The notes beneath the pieces are model-generated. The model was given only the letters and a program-made list of their open reading frames with translations, did no database searches and was not told the DNA's origin. Position numbers and translations under genes: made by a program. Below, in pieces: positions 44,080 to 54,495 of a DNA stretch of 64,000 nucleotides. Each line of letters opens with the position of its first letter. Positions within the stretch are counted from its first letter, which is position 1. The DNA comes from Candidatus Falkowbacteria bacterium RIFOXYA2_FULL_38_12 (GTDB lineage Bacteria; Patescibacteriota; Patescibacteriia; XYB2-FULL-38-15), in contig MFGA01000020.1 in the NCBI GenBank assembly GCA_001778095.1, positions 75,805-139,804 on the forward strand. Direction: 5' to 3'.

Positions 44080-47000
44080 TTGATGCTAAGCAAAAAGACA
44101 GCTCTAAAATTTACACTATCCCTCATCGTACTTATGGGAAGTCTTTTGTTTGTCCAAACGGTTTTTGCGCAAGATTTTGGGACTGATGTTGTCGGCGAAA
44201 ATATTGCTCTAGTGGATGCCGGTGATCCCAGAGTTGTCGCCGCAAGGATTATCAGAATAGCTTTGGGATTTTTGGGAATTATTGCTGTTTGCATAGTTTT
44301 GTATGGAGGCTTTTTATGGATGACTTCAGCCGGCAACGAAGAGACTCTTGGTAAGGCAAAAAAGGTTTTAACCAGCGGTTTGATCGGACTTATCATTATT
44401 TTAATGGCTTTTGGTATTACTCAATTTGTTTTGAGTAGATTGACAGAGGCAACAGGGGTTGATGGCGGAGGGGGTGGCGGAGGCGGCGGAGGGGGTGGCG
44501 GAGGCTTGCCTTCTGACGCTTTTTTAGTAAGAAGCATTCAGCCAAATGGCGCTATTCCCATTCGTAATGTCATTGTCAGAGTTCTTTTTAATAAAAACGT
44601 AAATGCAGATAGTCTAAGAGTGGCGGGAAATTTTGTAGTGCGTCGGGTTTCCGACAACACGCCAGTAGAAGGAATAATAAATCTAAATGGTAATCTTGCG
44701 GAATTTGTTCCCAATGCCGATTGTCCCGAACCAAATGCTGATAGAAAATGTTTTGATAGTGATACTGAATTTAGAGTGGAATTAGCTACTGGGATAAGAA
44801 GCGAGACTGGAAAGAGTTTGATGTGTGGAGGATTGGCTCCGTCTTGTCGTGGAACTTTCACAACTGGAAATTTGGTTGATGTTACCGGCCCCGAGGTTGA
44901 TGTTACTTTTCCTGATGATGGTCAGCCGGTGAGTGCCGACGCGATTATAAGTATTGAAGCGCATGCGATTGACGATGCGGGAATTTCTTATTTGGATTAT
45001 TTTGTTAATAACAACCTTTTGGGTCGGGACGCTCCGGAGGGGCCGACTGTTCGAGATTATTTTTCGGCTACCGATTGGGATACAACCGGAATAGCCTCGG
45101 GGACAAAATATAAATTAAAGGCCACAGCTTTTGATATTGATTCAAACAATACAAACTCAAACGGCGTAGGGGTGATTGTTAGAGCTGCGCATTGTTTTAA
45201 TGCGTTTAAAGATCTTGATGAGATCCAAGTTGATTGTGGCGGAGTTGATTGCGGTTTATGTGACGGCGGAGCTTGTGTTAATGATGATGAGTGTCGTAGT
45301 GGAATTTGTTTAAACGGAATTTGTCGGAGCTTGCCGGTTATCGCTAGGGTTGCTCCCAGCGATGGCGCAGTAGGAAATTTTATAACAATATTTGGCGAGC
45401 ATTTTGGCAATGTTCACGGTTCGGTTTATTTTCAGGATCACATCGAAGGCAATTTGCCGAGAGGTTGTGTAGTTGGAGACGTTTGGCAGGATAGACAAAT
45501 TATCGTTGAGGTCCCGGCAGGAGCATTGGACGGGCCGATTTCCGTTGTTATTCCTCCACCGGACGGAGCGCTAGCTTCAGACTATACGGACAGGACGAAT
45601 GATGAACGAGGTCCGTTGTTGCCTGATTTTGACGTGAATGAAATTGAACGTCCGGGAATTTGCGCAATTAATCCGAAAGAAGGAGAACCAAAAGCTGAAG
45701 TGAGGGTTTTGGGAACTCATTTTGGTGACCAGCAGGGAGACAGTTTGATTAATTTTGGAGGGACAAGAGCCGAAAGAATTTTGGATTGGGGAGAATCAAG
45801 TATTAGGGCAACAGTTCCCTTGATAGCCCCGGCGGTTGTTCCCGTTCAAGTAGTAAAAGATGAAGAAAATAGCAATCCTATTAATTTTACCGTTCTTCAA
45901 TCTGCCGCGACTCCAAAAATTTTAAGTTTCTCTCCGACAAAAGGGCCGGAAGGGGAATATATAACCATTTTAGGTTCAAGTTTCGGCGACACTCCCGGTA
46001 AAGTTGATTTTGTTGCGCCGGACGGAACAATTTATTTGGCGGCAACTGATTTTCCGGAGGTCTGCGGAGCTAATTGGTGGAAAGATGACGCAGTGATTAT
46101 TAAAATACCGAAAGAAGCAAGGATTATTCTTCCCGGGCCAAAATATACTTTAAAATTAACGGCAAATAGCGGCCTTGTTGATGATACTTCGGATTTAACA
46201 CCGGCAACTCTCGAAATTATTGGCGGGGCGCCAAAACCGGGAATTTGTCGTATTTTTCCGGACAACGGACCGGCTGGTCTTGAGGTTGCAATTGATGGGG
46301 AAAGATTGGGGTTGAGAGGAATTTTAAATTTTTGGAGAAATAAGGTTGCTCTAACAAATTCGTGGAAAGTGGATCAGGTTGTTGGAGTCGTGCCAGTCGG
46401 ATCAGAAACCGGGCCAATCAATGTTTCGGTCGGCGATAATTTAAGCAATAATGTAAATTTTAACGTTCGCGATTGTCGCGACGCGAGAACGCCATGCGGA
46501 GAAGGAGAAGAATGTTGTCGGGATGGATCATGTCGAGCGGATGGAGAATGCGCGGAAGCGCCGGGTAGCGGACATTATTTTTGGCGTTTTTCCACCGGTG
46601 AGCTACCAATAAATCCCAGAGTGGTGGAATATTGCGGTCCGGCTGATGAACCAAGAAGATTAAACCCGTCACCTTCACCTTGGAATAAAAGAGAAGGTGG
46701 AAACAATGTTTGCATTAATGCCAGGATCACGGCCAGATTTAATGTAAAAATGAACAATGAATCATTGACAACACATGGGAATATTGTTGTGGAAGAATGT
46801 GCCGGTCCTGACGCGGAAAATCCTTGTCTTGAAAAAAGAGTAGTTGAGGGAGAAATTAATCCTTTAGTTGTAAATGATGCTCTTTTACCAAGAGGAATTG
46901 GATCAGATTCATTTGAGTTTGTTTTGCCAGCGGGCATTCTATTTGAACAAAATAAAGTTTATCAAGTTACTTTAAAAGGTGGTTCATTTGAAGATCCCGG

Positions 47001-50000
47001 ACTTGCAAGTGTTGCCGGGTTGCTTTTAGACGGAGATAAAGACGGAGAAGAGGGTGGAGATTATATTTTTGAATTTAAAACAAGGAATACTGATGAGTTG
47101 TGCGAAATAGGTTCAATCGGAATCATGCCTCCAATCGCAACACTGACTGAACAATGGATAGAAGATGAAGAAATTGTCGGATCAGAATTGGAGTATACCG
47201 GTTTGTGCTATGCAGAGGGGGATATATGTTTAACTCTAAATTGTAGAAACTATGATTGGAGATGGAAATCATCTGACGATCCGTTAAATCCAAAGGTTTC
47301 ATTGCTGGAAGTGGAAGATGATGAAGGCGAAGTGATTGAAGAGAAGGCACTTGTCAGGGCAGTAGCGGAGACAGATATAAACCCCGCGACTGGTCTAAGT
47401 CAACCAGTAATAATAACTGGCGCGATCCCAGTTGAAAGAAAGTCTGGAGAGGGAGATTTAACTATTAGTTTTACAGATCCAAAAGTAATTGAAAAATGGC
47501 CTGATTGTCGAGAGGCCTGCAAGAATTCGGAAGTAGGCGTTAAATTTAATACATGGATGGATGAAGAAATTGCCGGCGATCCTCAAAATATAAAGTTATA
47601 TATCTGGCGTTGCGGTAATAGTGTTATTGATCATGGCGAAGATTGTGATGACGGAAATATTGTTTCCGGCGATGGTTGCAGTAGTAGTTGTCTAAATGAG
47701 GGAACAAAACTTTGTCTCGAATTTGATCCGGCCGTCAGAGAAGTATCGGTCGAGGATTCTTGTTGCGGAAATGGACGGCGCGATCCGGGCGAAGATTGCG
47801 ATGGTAATCCTTTTCCGGCGAATTGCCGAGTAGATGGATTGGCTGACAATTGTCTTAATGAAGGAACGGCTGTGATCGGCGACGGTGGAAGTTGTGGTAA
47901 TAGTATAGTTGAAGAAGGTGAAGATTGCGATCCGCCGGATCTTGCTTTGCCACCGGGAAGTCGTGGGTGTAGCGTGGAATGTTTGAATCAAGGGACTTCC
48001 GGACTATTTCCGGCGCCCGGAGGTATTGTCGGAGTTTTACCTCGATATTCTTCAGTAAGCCTAAGCGAAGGGAAATGGGAACACAAACTGAATTTTGATT
48101 TTCCTGTCGGTTTTTCTCTTCTTCCTAATACTTGGTATAGGGCGGTAGTTTCGGGAGCTCAAAAAAGCGTTAGCGGAGTTGCTCTCACGGAATTGAATTA
48201 TGACGATATACCTGACGAAAGACATTCTTTAGATTCATATTCTTGGGCGTTTAGAACCAAAAGCGATGATTCTTTATGCGCTGTTGATAAAATTGAAGTG
48301 AGCCCGAGGGAAGCGCGGGTTAGATTTATTGGAGCAAAAGTTGATTTTAGGTCAATGCCTTTTGGCGCGCCGGATGAATGTAGCCCTAATGGCCAGAAAT
48401 TGAGAGCGATGAGCTATCCTTGGGTTTGGAATTCAACAGTAGAGGAAGTGGGAACTCTTCCGGCTCCTCGTTCCGATAGATTCCCCGGTTGTGGCAATGG
48501 TGTTGTGGAATTTGGTGAAGATTGCGACGATGGAAATATACTTCCGGGTGATGGTTGCGCCGGGCCGGGAGATAACGCCTGCTTAAATGAGGGTGAGAGC
48601 GCGTGCGCCTTTGGAGAAGGTATGTGTATAGTAGATAAACGTTGTATTTGGAATGAAGCTGATGGAGGAAGATGTATTAAAAAAACTATCTGCGGAAATA
48701 GAGCAGTAGAGATAGGCGAAGATTGCGATGATGGAGATAGAGATTCGGGAGACGGATGCAATAATAAATGTTTGAATGAGGGGTCAGTCGCCGGAGGATC
48801 TGTCTGTGGAGATATGAAGATTGGTATTGGTGAAGACTGCGATGACGGAAATACTCGATCGGGAGATGGATGCAGTAATCTTTGTTTGAATGAAGGGACT
48901 ATTCTTGACAGAAGAATTGATCCTCTGCAAACAGTAACGGCAAAGGGGCTAAGAGTTGATCATGCTCGCGAGGACACTACGGCAATAAGCGCTGAAACAG
49001 ATGGAAAAAAAGGTGAGGGCAATTTTACTTTAGCTTGCAGTTATAATCTACCGGACAATCCTTGCCCGGAAGACGACGAAAGGGGTGATATTTATGGAAT
49101 TGGTAATAATTCTTGCTGTTATCCAAAGCCAATTATTGAAACCTGTAATCCGTCAGGCGCGGCTATTTGTTCCAATAAACCGGAAGGGGAAGCGGTTTGT
49201 CGCAATTCTTTAATCTCAATAACTTTTGATAAAGAAATGGATCCGGCCTCACTGGAAGAAAATATTATTGTCGCTGGCAATTATAATGTTTGCCCGGAAG
49301 GAACGATTGACGTTGGTAATGGCGATATCAGACTTCGTGAATTTATAAATTGGTGCGCGGTAACGGGAGGAATTACCGTTAGTCAAATTGTTCCGGAAGA
49401 AGGCGAAAAAAAGACAAGAGTTGATTTTAATTTATCCAAACTTTTGGATCCGAGCATAAAATATAAAGTTATTGTTCGCGGGAATAATTTATTGACTCGA
49501 GATAGAGTAGAGGGAGCAAGGAGTATTAACGGAGTGGAGCTGGGAGAGACTAATTTTACTTTTAGAGAAGGGGAGGCGAGTTATCAAAGCAGGAGCTGGA
49601 CTTTTTGGACAAACGATCAAATTTGCGCCCTGTCTTCAGTTAAAATAAATCCCGAAAGTCATCTTTTTACCAGCAGTTTGGATCCGGAAAATCGGGCTGA
49701 TTTTATAGCAACCGCCTTGGATGCAAGAAATAATCCTATTTCGTCAATTCCCGGATCTTATTCTTGGAGATGGGATTGGACTTCAAGTTATATTGACATA
49801 GCCGCTCTTTCTCTTTGCGCTGATCCAAACGGATGTAGCACAAGAACCGTGACGGCGCAAAATCAAAACGGAGAATCATTAATTTCCGCCAAAGCGACGA
49901 TAACAGCAGATGAAGAAGTCCCGGGCGCAAGAGGTCAAAGCAAGTTTGGCATTTCCAATGTCGCTGTTTTTCTTTGCGAAAATCCTTGGCCAACAGCGGC

Positions 50001-53000
50001 AACAATAAGAGAGGACGGAGGATATCTTGATCGTAATTATAATTTCAAATTTTACTATTGCCGAGACAAAGGGGAATTTTTGCCTGACGATGATCTACCC
50101 TGTTTTCCCTCGGCGGAAGTGGGCGGAGCGATTGCCGTAAGGGATACCGAGAGAATCGGCGTATTAAGAGAAGATGGTTTGTTGAGAGAATATTTATTTA
50201 CGTTTCCGGGAACATTTTATTGTAGTGTTTCACAAACTTTATGCGATCCTGCCGCCCTTCCTGACGCTCTGGGTTTCTGTCCTGCCGGAACCGGAGATTG
50301 CCGACCGGCCCCGGATGCCATTGGTATTAGAATTTACGAAAACGTTAATCATCTAACTCCGACCGAATGGTATGGAAAGCAAGGATTAGCTGTGGGAAGT
50401 CCGGAGACAATTAATATTGACGGCTATGAAGCAATACGAGATGGTCGGACAGTCTATATTTCGGCGGCCAATGACACGATGGGTCCGGACACTCTTTATA
50501 CAAATATTTATTTGGTCTCTTATAACGACGGAGCTAATTCGGATACAATAAATATCTATAATCAGATAATACAAAATTTAAAATTTAATACTAATTTGAG
50601 AAATGCGGATCTGCGGGCATGTCTTTACAGGGCTTGCAGTAATAATGCCAGCAAAAGTTGCAATATGGATGCAGACTGTCGCGCGGAGCCTGACGTTACT
50701 TCAACTTGTTTGCCTTTATCTTATTGCACTAAAGATATGGATTGTCCGCCGGCGGTTCCGGTTGCGGGAACAATTAACGAATGTCAAGCGCCAAAAGATA
50801 AATTAACCAGAGACATGAGGAGGATTATTGACCTTAATAATCTAAAAAGAGTAATAGATTCTTATAAAACTGTTCATGGAAGCTATCCAAAACTGGAAGC
50901 GGGAACTTATATCAGATCATTGGTCTCCAGCGTTTGGGGTTCTTGGATCGGGGCGTTGGGCAAAGACTTAGGCGCATCATTACCCGTTGATCCGATCAAC
51001 AAAATTGTTAATTGCGAGGGGGCGGGTTTTGATAAGGAAACATGTTGGAATCTAGAATCAAAAACGTATCAATGTCCGGCCGGTTCGCATGTTTATCAAT
51101 ATAAAGTGAACGGAGACGGGACATATAAATTAAAGAGTGATTTTGAGTATAGGGCAAACGATCGCCTCGTTGATCTAAAAACGCTATGGGTAGGAAATTT
51201 ATCTAATGTGTTTGAAATACAAGGATCTTGCGATGGCGCTCCCATAAGAAGCACCGGCGTTTGCGGAGATGGAAATATAGACGGTCCCGAGGAATGCGAG
51301 CCGAGAGCTAATCCCCCGCGAGACAGGGCGTGTACACTTGAGATTGATGGAGAAGAAGTGGCTGGCAGACAAAGAGAAGAGTGTAACCCAGCTGACTGCA
51401 CTTGGCGCGAGCTAGGTGGCTGTTCGGTTCTCTGTGGGGATGGCATTCGCCAAGTGGGTGAAGAATGTGACGAAGGGCCTCTGGGCGGACGAATAGCTGG
51501 TGGAGGAATGTCTCCGGAAAATCAGTATTTTTGTACTAGAGAATGTGAAATGATGGGAGGTTATTGTGGTGATGGAGGAGAACCACAGGTAGCTTATGGA
51601 GAAAGATGCGATAATGGAGTTTCTTGCACGTTAAGGTTGCCTTGTGCAAGTGTGGATGGATGTGTCTGTGGATCTTGTATAGTTCCTAGGGGAAAGAAAA
51701 GCTGTGGAAATGGATCTTACGGATTGAGCGTTAGTGGAGAACCTTGGTGCAAAACAGATTGTTCGGGCTTCGGTCCATATTGCGGAGATGAGGTTGTAAA
51801 TGGAGCTGAACAATGTGATGGAGATTCTATTACTTCAAAAGGAATTTGTGTTCCAGAAGGAATACCAGAACTAAACGATGTGGATACGGTTCTTGGAAGT
51901 TATACCTCATGTAACAACAATGAAGATTGTTCGGACGGTACTTGTGTTATTTGTGATAATTCTAGAGAAGGTTATTCTCAATCAAGAACGAAAAACTGTG
52001 GAGAGTTGGGGGTACCAGGGTTAGCTCTTCTATGTGACTGGAATAGATGGGGCGCTTGCGAGACGGCAGGTACTTGCGGAAATGGGACAAAAGAAGGGGA
52101 CGAGGAATGTGATGATGGAAATGAAAATAATAATGATGGTTGTATTATCACCTTGGAAAATTCTCCATCGGGTCCTGATAATTGCAAACTAGCTCGTTGT
52201 GGAGATGGATTTACTAAGATTGGTGCAGAAGCCTGTGACGTCGGCGTAGGCAATGGCAGGATTTGCAGGGCAAACTATGGTGAAAATTGTAATTATTGCG
52301 ATGTTAATTGCGCTATAAAAGTTATTACCGGACCTCGTTGCGGAGATGGAATAATAAATGGAAGAGAGACATGCGATGATCGAGCGGGAACTAGTTTGTT
52401 ATATAAAATAATTGAGGAACAAAAATATTTTGCTGATAATCGTGGCGATAGTTTAGGAGTAGTTGTTCCCGTGAGTATGGATTCGGCCTGCTCAATAGAC
52501 AGCGCTCTTCCGGGCATAGATGGTTCCTGCCCGGGGCAACCGCCAACAGGAGCACTGAAATTTAATCGGGCGGTTTGTTCAGCGGATTGCGCTTCAACTT
52601 GTCCCCCGGCTTATAAAATACAAACATTAACCTTTGGTCCGGAAGGACGAAGTTCAATTGAATTAGGAAGTAACGAGGAGGTCTCAGTTAATCTTCCCGC
52701 TTGTCGTGTTTTGGGTGACATTAAAGTTGATGTTGATTTGAGTAATGTTACTCAAACTCCGTTGAATGTGGTTTTTGTGACGGATAGATCGGGGAGTATG
52801 GGGTGGGGAACAACATCAAGTTCTGGACCAAATCTTTCTTGCAGTGAAGACAGAACGAGGATGGGTTGTGCTAGAGATGCGCTTACGGAAGCAATAAATT
52901 TATTATTTGATAGTTATGAAAATATTCGCATTGGCTTGGTAAGTTATGGTAATAATGTCCCGGTTGGTGCATGGCATGACTTGCTGGGTTTTTTAGGGAA

Positions 53001-53658
53001 AGACATATTAATTTCCGCAGTTGGTTCCTATACTCCGACTTTAGGTGCTACTAACATTTCCGCTGGGGTAAAGAAGGCAAAAGATATATTAAACAATGAA
53101 GATGGTAAAAAAATAATTGTTTTAATGAGTGATGGAGAAGCGACGAGACCTCATGAAACCCCAGCGCTAAGAGCAGTTTATCCTGCTTGTGATAGATATA
53201 GTAGAGACGATTTTGCCGCATGCGTTGCAGGAGAAGAGGTTAGATTGGCTAAAGGTAGAGATATAGAAATTTACACAATTTTATTTTATGGTCCCACATC
53301 CGCAGAAGCTAATATGGAGAGTTGGGCAAGTTCTCCCACGGAGCCTTACGCTAACATAAGCGCTCCCGATAATGACTTGGATGAAATTTATCGTTCTATT
53401 ATAGCCTCTCTAACATCCTCAAGTATAAATTTAAATTTACAAGAAACCGGAGGTGTGCGAGGGGGTGCAGAGATACCTCTTTTAAGAAGTATCTTTTGTA
53501 AGGAAGAAGAACAAACAGATATTCCCTTTAGTATAGATTTTGGCGGGATAGGCAAGGCGCGTGTAAGTAATCTAAAAGCTTATATATGCCCTGGCCCGCC
53601 GTATCCACCCGAAGATCTTTGGGAATGTGTCGGAGACTCTTGCGATGTGAGTCTATAG
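44080..53658 (+). CDS. giant (3192 aa) cell-surface protein: pilin-like N-terminal anchor, poly-Gly linker, IPT/TIG and Ig-like domains, ~12 cysteine-rich (GEDCDDGN...GDGC) repeats, embedded pseudopilin-like segment, C-terminal vWA domain
   Basis: N-terminal 125 aa ~85-90% identical to the 42070 protein. Four IPT-like modules (ITIFGEHFG, VRVLGTHFG, ITILGSSFG, VAIDGERLG). Repeats CGN..GEDCDDGN...GDGC..C of the Myxococcus-type cysteine-rich repeat. vWA MIDAS VVFVTDRSGSM and IIVLMSDGEAT. Confidence 0.7.
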   Translation: MMLSKKTALKFTLSLIVLMGSLLFVQTVFAQDFGTDVVGENIALVDAGDPRVVAARIIRIALGFLGIIAVCIVLYGGFLWMTSAGNEETLGKAKKVLTSGLIGLIIILMAFGITQFVLSRLTEATGVDGGGGGGGGGGGGGGLPSDAFLVRSIQPNGAIPIRNVIVRVLFNKNVNADSLRVAGNFVVRRVSDNTPVEGIINLNGNLAEFVPNADCPEPNADRKCFDSDTEFRVELATGIRSETGKSLMCGGLAPSCRGTFTTGNLVDVTGPEVDVTFPDDGQPVSADAIISIEAHAIDDAGISYLDYFVNNNLLGRDAPEGPTVRDYFSATDWDTTGIASGTKYKLKATAFDIDSNNTNSNGVGVIVRAAHCFNAFKDLDEIQVDCGGVDCGLCDGGACVNDDECRSGICLNGICRSLPVIARVAPSDGAVGNFITIFGEHFGNVHGSVYFQDHIEGNLPRGCVVGDVWQDRQIIVEVPAGALDGPISVVIPPPDGALASDYTDRTNDERGPLLPDFDVNEIERPGICAINPKEGEPKAEVRVLGTHFGDQQGDSLINFGGTRAERILDWGESSIRATVPLIAPAVVPVQVVKDEENSNPINFTVLQSAATPKILSFSPTKGPEGEYITILGSSFGDTPGKVDFVAPDGTIYLAATDFPEVCGANWWKDDAVIIKIPKEARIILPGPKYTLKLTANSGLVDDTSDLTPATLEIIGGAPKPGICRIFPDNGPAGLEVAIDGERLGLRGILNFWRNKVALTNSWKVDQVVGVVPVGSETGPINVSVGDNLSNNVNFNVRDCRDARTPCGEGEECCRDGSCRADGECAEAPGSGHYFWRFSTGELPINPRVVEYCGPADEPRRLNPSPSPWNKREGGNNVCINARITARFNVKMNNESLTTHGNIVVEECAGPDAENPCLEKRVVEGEINPLVVNDALLPRGIGSDSFEFVLPAGILFEQNKVYQVTLKGGSFEDPGLASVAGLLLDGDKDGEEGGDYIFEFKTRNTDELCEIGSIGIMPPIATLTEQWIEDEEIVGSELEYTGLCYAEGDICLTLNCRNYDWRWKSSDDPLNPKVSLLEVEDDEGEVIEEKALVRAVAETDINPATGLSQPVIITGAIPVERKSGEGDLTISFTDPKVIEKWPDCREACKNSEVGVKFNTWMDEEIAGDPQNIKLYIWRCGNSVIDHGEDCDDGNIVSGDGCSSSCLNEGTKLCLEFDPAVREVSVEDSCCGNGRRDPGEDCDGNPFPANCRVDGLADNCLNEGTAVIGDGGSCGNSIVEEGEDCDPPDLALPPGSRGCSVECLNQGTSGLFPAPGGIVGVLPRYSSVSLSEGKWEHKLNFDFPVGFSLLPNTWYRAVVSGAQKSVSGVALTELNYDDIPDERHSLDSYSWAFRTKSDDSLCAVDKIEVSPREARVRFIGAKVDFRSMPFGAPDECSPNGQKLRAMSYPWVWNSTVEEVGTLPAPRSDRFPGCGNGVVEFGEDCDDGNILPGDGCAGPGDNACLNEGESACAFGEGMCIVDKRCIWNEADGGRCIKKTICGNRAVEIGEDCDDGDRDSGDGCNNKCLNEGSVAGGSVCGDMKIGIGEDCDDGNTRSGDGCSNLCLNEGTILDRRIDPLQTVTAKGLRVDHAREDTTAISAETDGKKGEGNFTLACSYNLPDNPCPEDDERGDIYGIGNNSCCYPKPIIETCNPSGAAICSNKPEGEAVCRNSLISITFDKEMDPASLEENIIVAGNYNVCPEGTIDVGNGDIRLREFINWCAVTGGITVSQIVPEEGEKKTRVDFNLSKLLDPSIKYKVIVRGNNLLTRDRVEGARSINGVELGETNFTFREGEASYQSRSWTFWTNDQICALSSVKINPESHLFTSSLDPENRADFIATALDARNNPISSIPGSYSWRWDWTSSYIDIAALSLCADPNGCSTRTVTAQNQNGESLISAKATITADEEVPGARGQSKFGISNVAVFLCENPWPTAATIREDGGYLDRNYNFKFYYCRDKGEFLPDDDLPCFPSAEVGGAIAVRDTERIGVLREDGLLREYLFTFPGTFYCSVSQTLCDPAALPDALGFCPAGTGDCRPAPDAIGIRIYENVNHLTPTEWYGKQGLAVGSPETINIDGYEAIRDGRTVYISAANDTMGPDTLYTNIYLVSYNDGANSDTINIYNQIIQNLKFNTNLRNADLRACLYRACSNNASKSCNMDADCRAEPDVTSTCLPLSYCTKDMDCPPAVPVAGTINECQAPKDKLTRDMRRIIDLNNLKRVIDSYKTVHGSYPKLEAGTYIRSLVSSVWGSWIGALGKDLGASLPVDPINKIVNCEGAGFDKETCWNLESKTYQCPAGSHVYQYKVNGDGTYKLKSDFEYRANDRLVDLKTLWVGNLSNVFEIQGSCDGAPIRSTGVCGDGNIDGPEECEPRANPPRDRACTLEIDGEEVAGRQREECNPADCTWRELGGCSVLCGDGIRQVGEECDEGPLGGRIAGGGMSPENQYFCTRECEMMGGYCGDGGEPQVAYGERCDNGVSCTLRLPCASVDGCVCGSCIVPRGKKSCGNGSYGLSVSGEPWCKTDCSGFGPYCGDEVVNGAEQCDGDSITSKGICVPEGIPELNDVDTVLGSYTSCNNNEDCSDGTCVICDNSREGYSQSRTKNCGELGVPGLALLCDWNRWGACETAGTCGNGTKEGDEECDDGNENNNDGCIITLENSPSGPDNCKLARCGDGFTKIGAEACDVGVGNGRICRANYGENCNYCDVNCAIKVITGPRCGDGIINGRETCDDRAGTSLLYKIIEEQKYFADNRGDSLGVVVPVSMDSACSIDSALPGIDGSCPGQPPTGALKFNRAVCSADCASTCPPAYKIQTLTFGPEGRSSIELGSNEEVSVNLPACRVLGDIKVDVDLSNVTQTPLNVVFVTDRSGSMGWGTTSSSGPNLSCSEDRTRMGCARDALTEAINLLFDSYENIRIGLVSYGNNVPVGAWHDLLGFLGKDILISAVGSYTPTLGATNISAGVKKAKDILNNEDGKKIIVLMSDGEATRPHETPALRAVYPACDRYSRDDFAACVAGEEVRLAKGRDIEIYTILFYGPTSAEANMESWASSPTEPYANISAPDNDLDEIYRSIIASLTSSSINLNLQETGGVRGGAEIPLLRSIFCKEEEQTDIPFSIDFGGIGKARVSNLKAYICPGPPYPPEDLWECVGDSCDVSL
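44464..44505 (+). repeat. perfect 21-bp tandem duplication encoding a poly-Gly linker
   Basis: ggcggagggggtggcggaggc x2, inside the giant gene (15-residue Gly run). Confidence 0.8.
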
Positions 53659-53685
53659 GAGAATATACATATAGAGACTAAAATT

Positions 53686-54495
53686 ATGCAAAAAAATACA
53701 AAAATTATTATCGCATTCTTGGTTGGAGCTTTGATTTTATTTGGAGTCGCTTTTGGTTTTTGGTATTCAAAACAAAAAAATAACACTGAAAATTTGCCAG
53801 AAAATCAAGAAAAAATAGTGGAAGAAGTCCCGGAAAATAAAACATTTGAATTGGCAAGAATAGAAAAAGAAAAAAGTAAATGCGCGGAAAATGGAGAAGA
53901 GGGATGTGGAGACAATGTTTTAATTATGGAAGCAATAAATGATTTAAAAGTGGAAGCATGCAACGAAGTCGTGGATGAAAAAGCGAGAAATAATTGCATT
54001 ACGGAAATTGCCATTCGCCAAAATGATGAAAAAAGTTGCGATCTCCACAAAGACGAGGCGGAAAAAAATACTTGTTTGAGTTTGATCTTGGGAAATAAAG
54101 CCAGAGAGAGCGATGATATGGCAGTTTGTCTTGCGGTTCCCGGCGAAAGTTATAGAGATTCTTGCTTTTTTAGCATTGTGAATAAAAAAAATGACGCAAA
54201 ATATTGCGACGAGCTGGGAGAGCTAAGAGATAAATGCTTGAATATAATTTTGACCAATAAGGCTTTTGAAGAGGGCGACACAAGTTTTTGCGATAATATT
54301 ACAGACGCCGATTCGCGAGAAAGTTGTTCGGCGGAATTGGGCGGGACGGATTCTGATAATGATGGTCTAAGTAATTCCGACGAAGAAAAATACGGAACTG
54401 ATCCCAAAGATCCGGATAGTGACGGGGATAGTTATCTTGATGGGGCGGAAGTGGAAGCGGGGTATAATCCGAAGGGAGCGGGGAAATTGGAGTAA
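53686..54495 (+). CDS. TM-anchored Cys-rich secreted protein with C-terminal thrombospondin-type-3-like Ca-binding repeats
   Basis: N-terminal TM helix. Regularly spaced Cys pairs. C-terminal DSDNDGLSNSDEE...DPDSDGDSYLDGAEVEAGYNPKGAGKLE. Confidence 0.5.
   Translation: MQKNTKIIIAFLVGALILFGVAFGFWYSKQKNNTENLPENQEKIVEEVPENKTFELARIEKEKSKCAENGEEGCGDNVLIMEAINDLKVEACNEVVDEKARNNCITEIAIRQNDEKSCDLHKDEAEKNTCLSLILGNKARESDDMAVCLAVPGESYRDSCFFSIVNKKNDAKYCDELGELRDKCLNIILTNKAFEEGDTSFCDNITDADSRESCSAELGGTDSDNDGLSNSDEEKYGTDPKDPDSDGDSYLDGAEVEAGYNPKGAGKLE

Noticed and set aside
44538-52517. Numerous 60-120-aa minus-strand ORFs inside the giant gene
   Set aside because: They are Pro/Ser/Thr-rich translations of the antisense of a GC-elevated, repeat-rich coding region. 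The single 9.6-kb sense ORF with recognisable domains accounts for the sequence.
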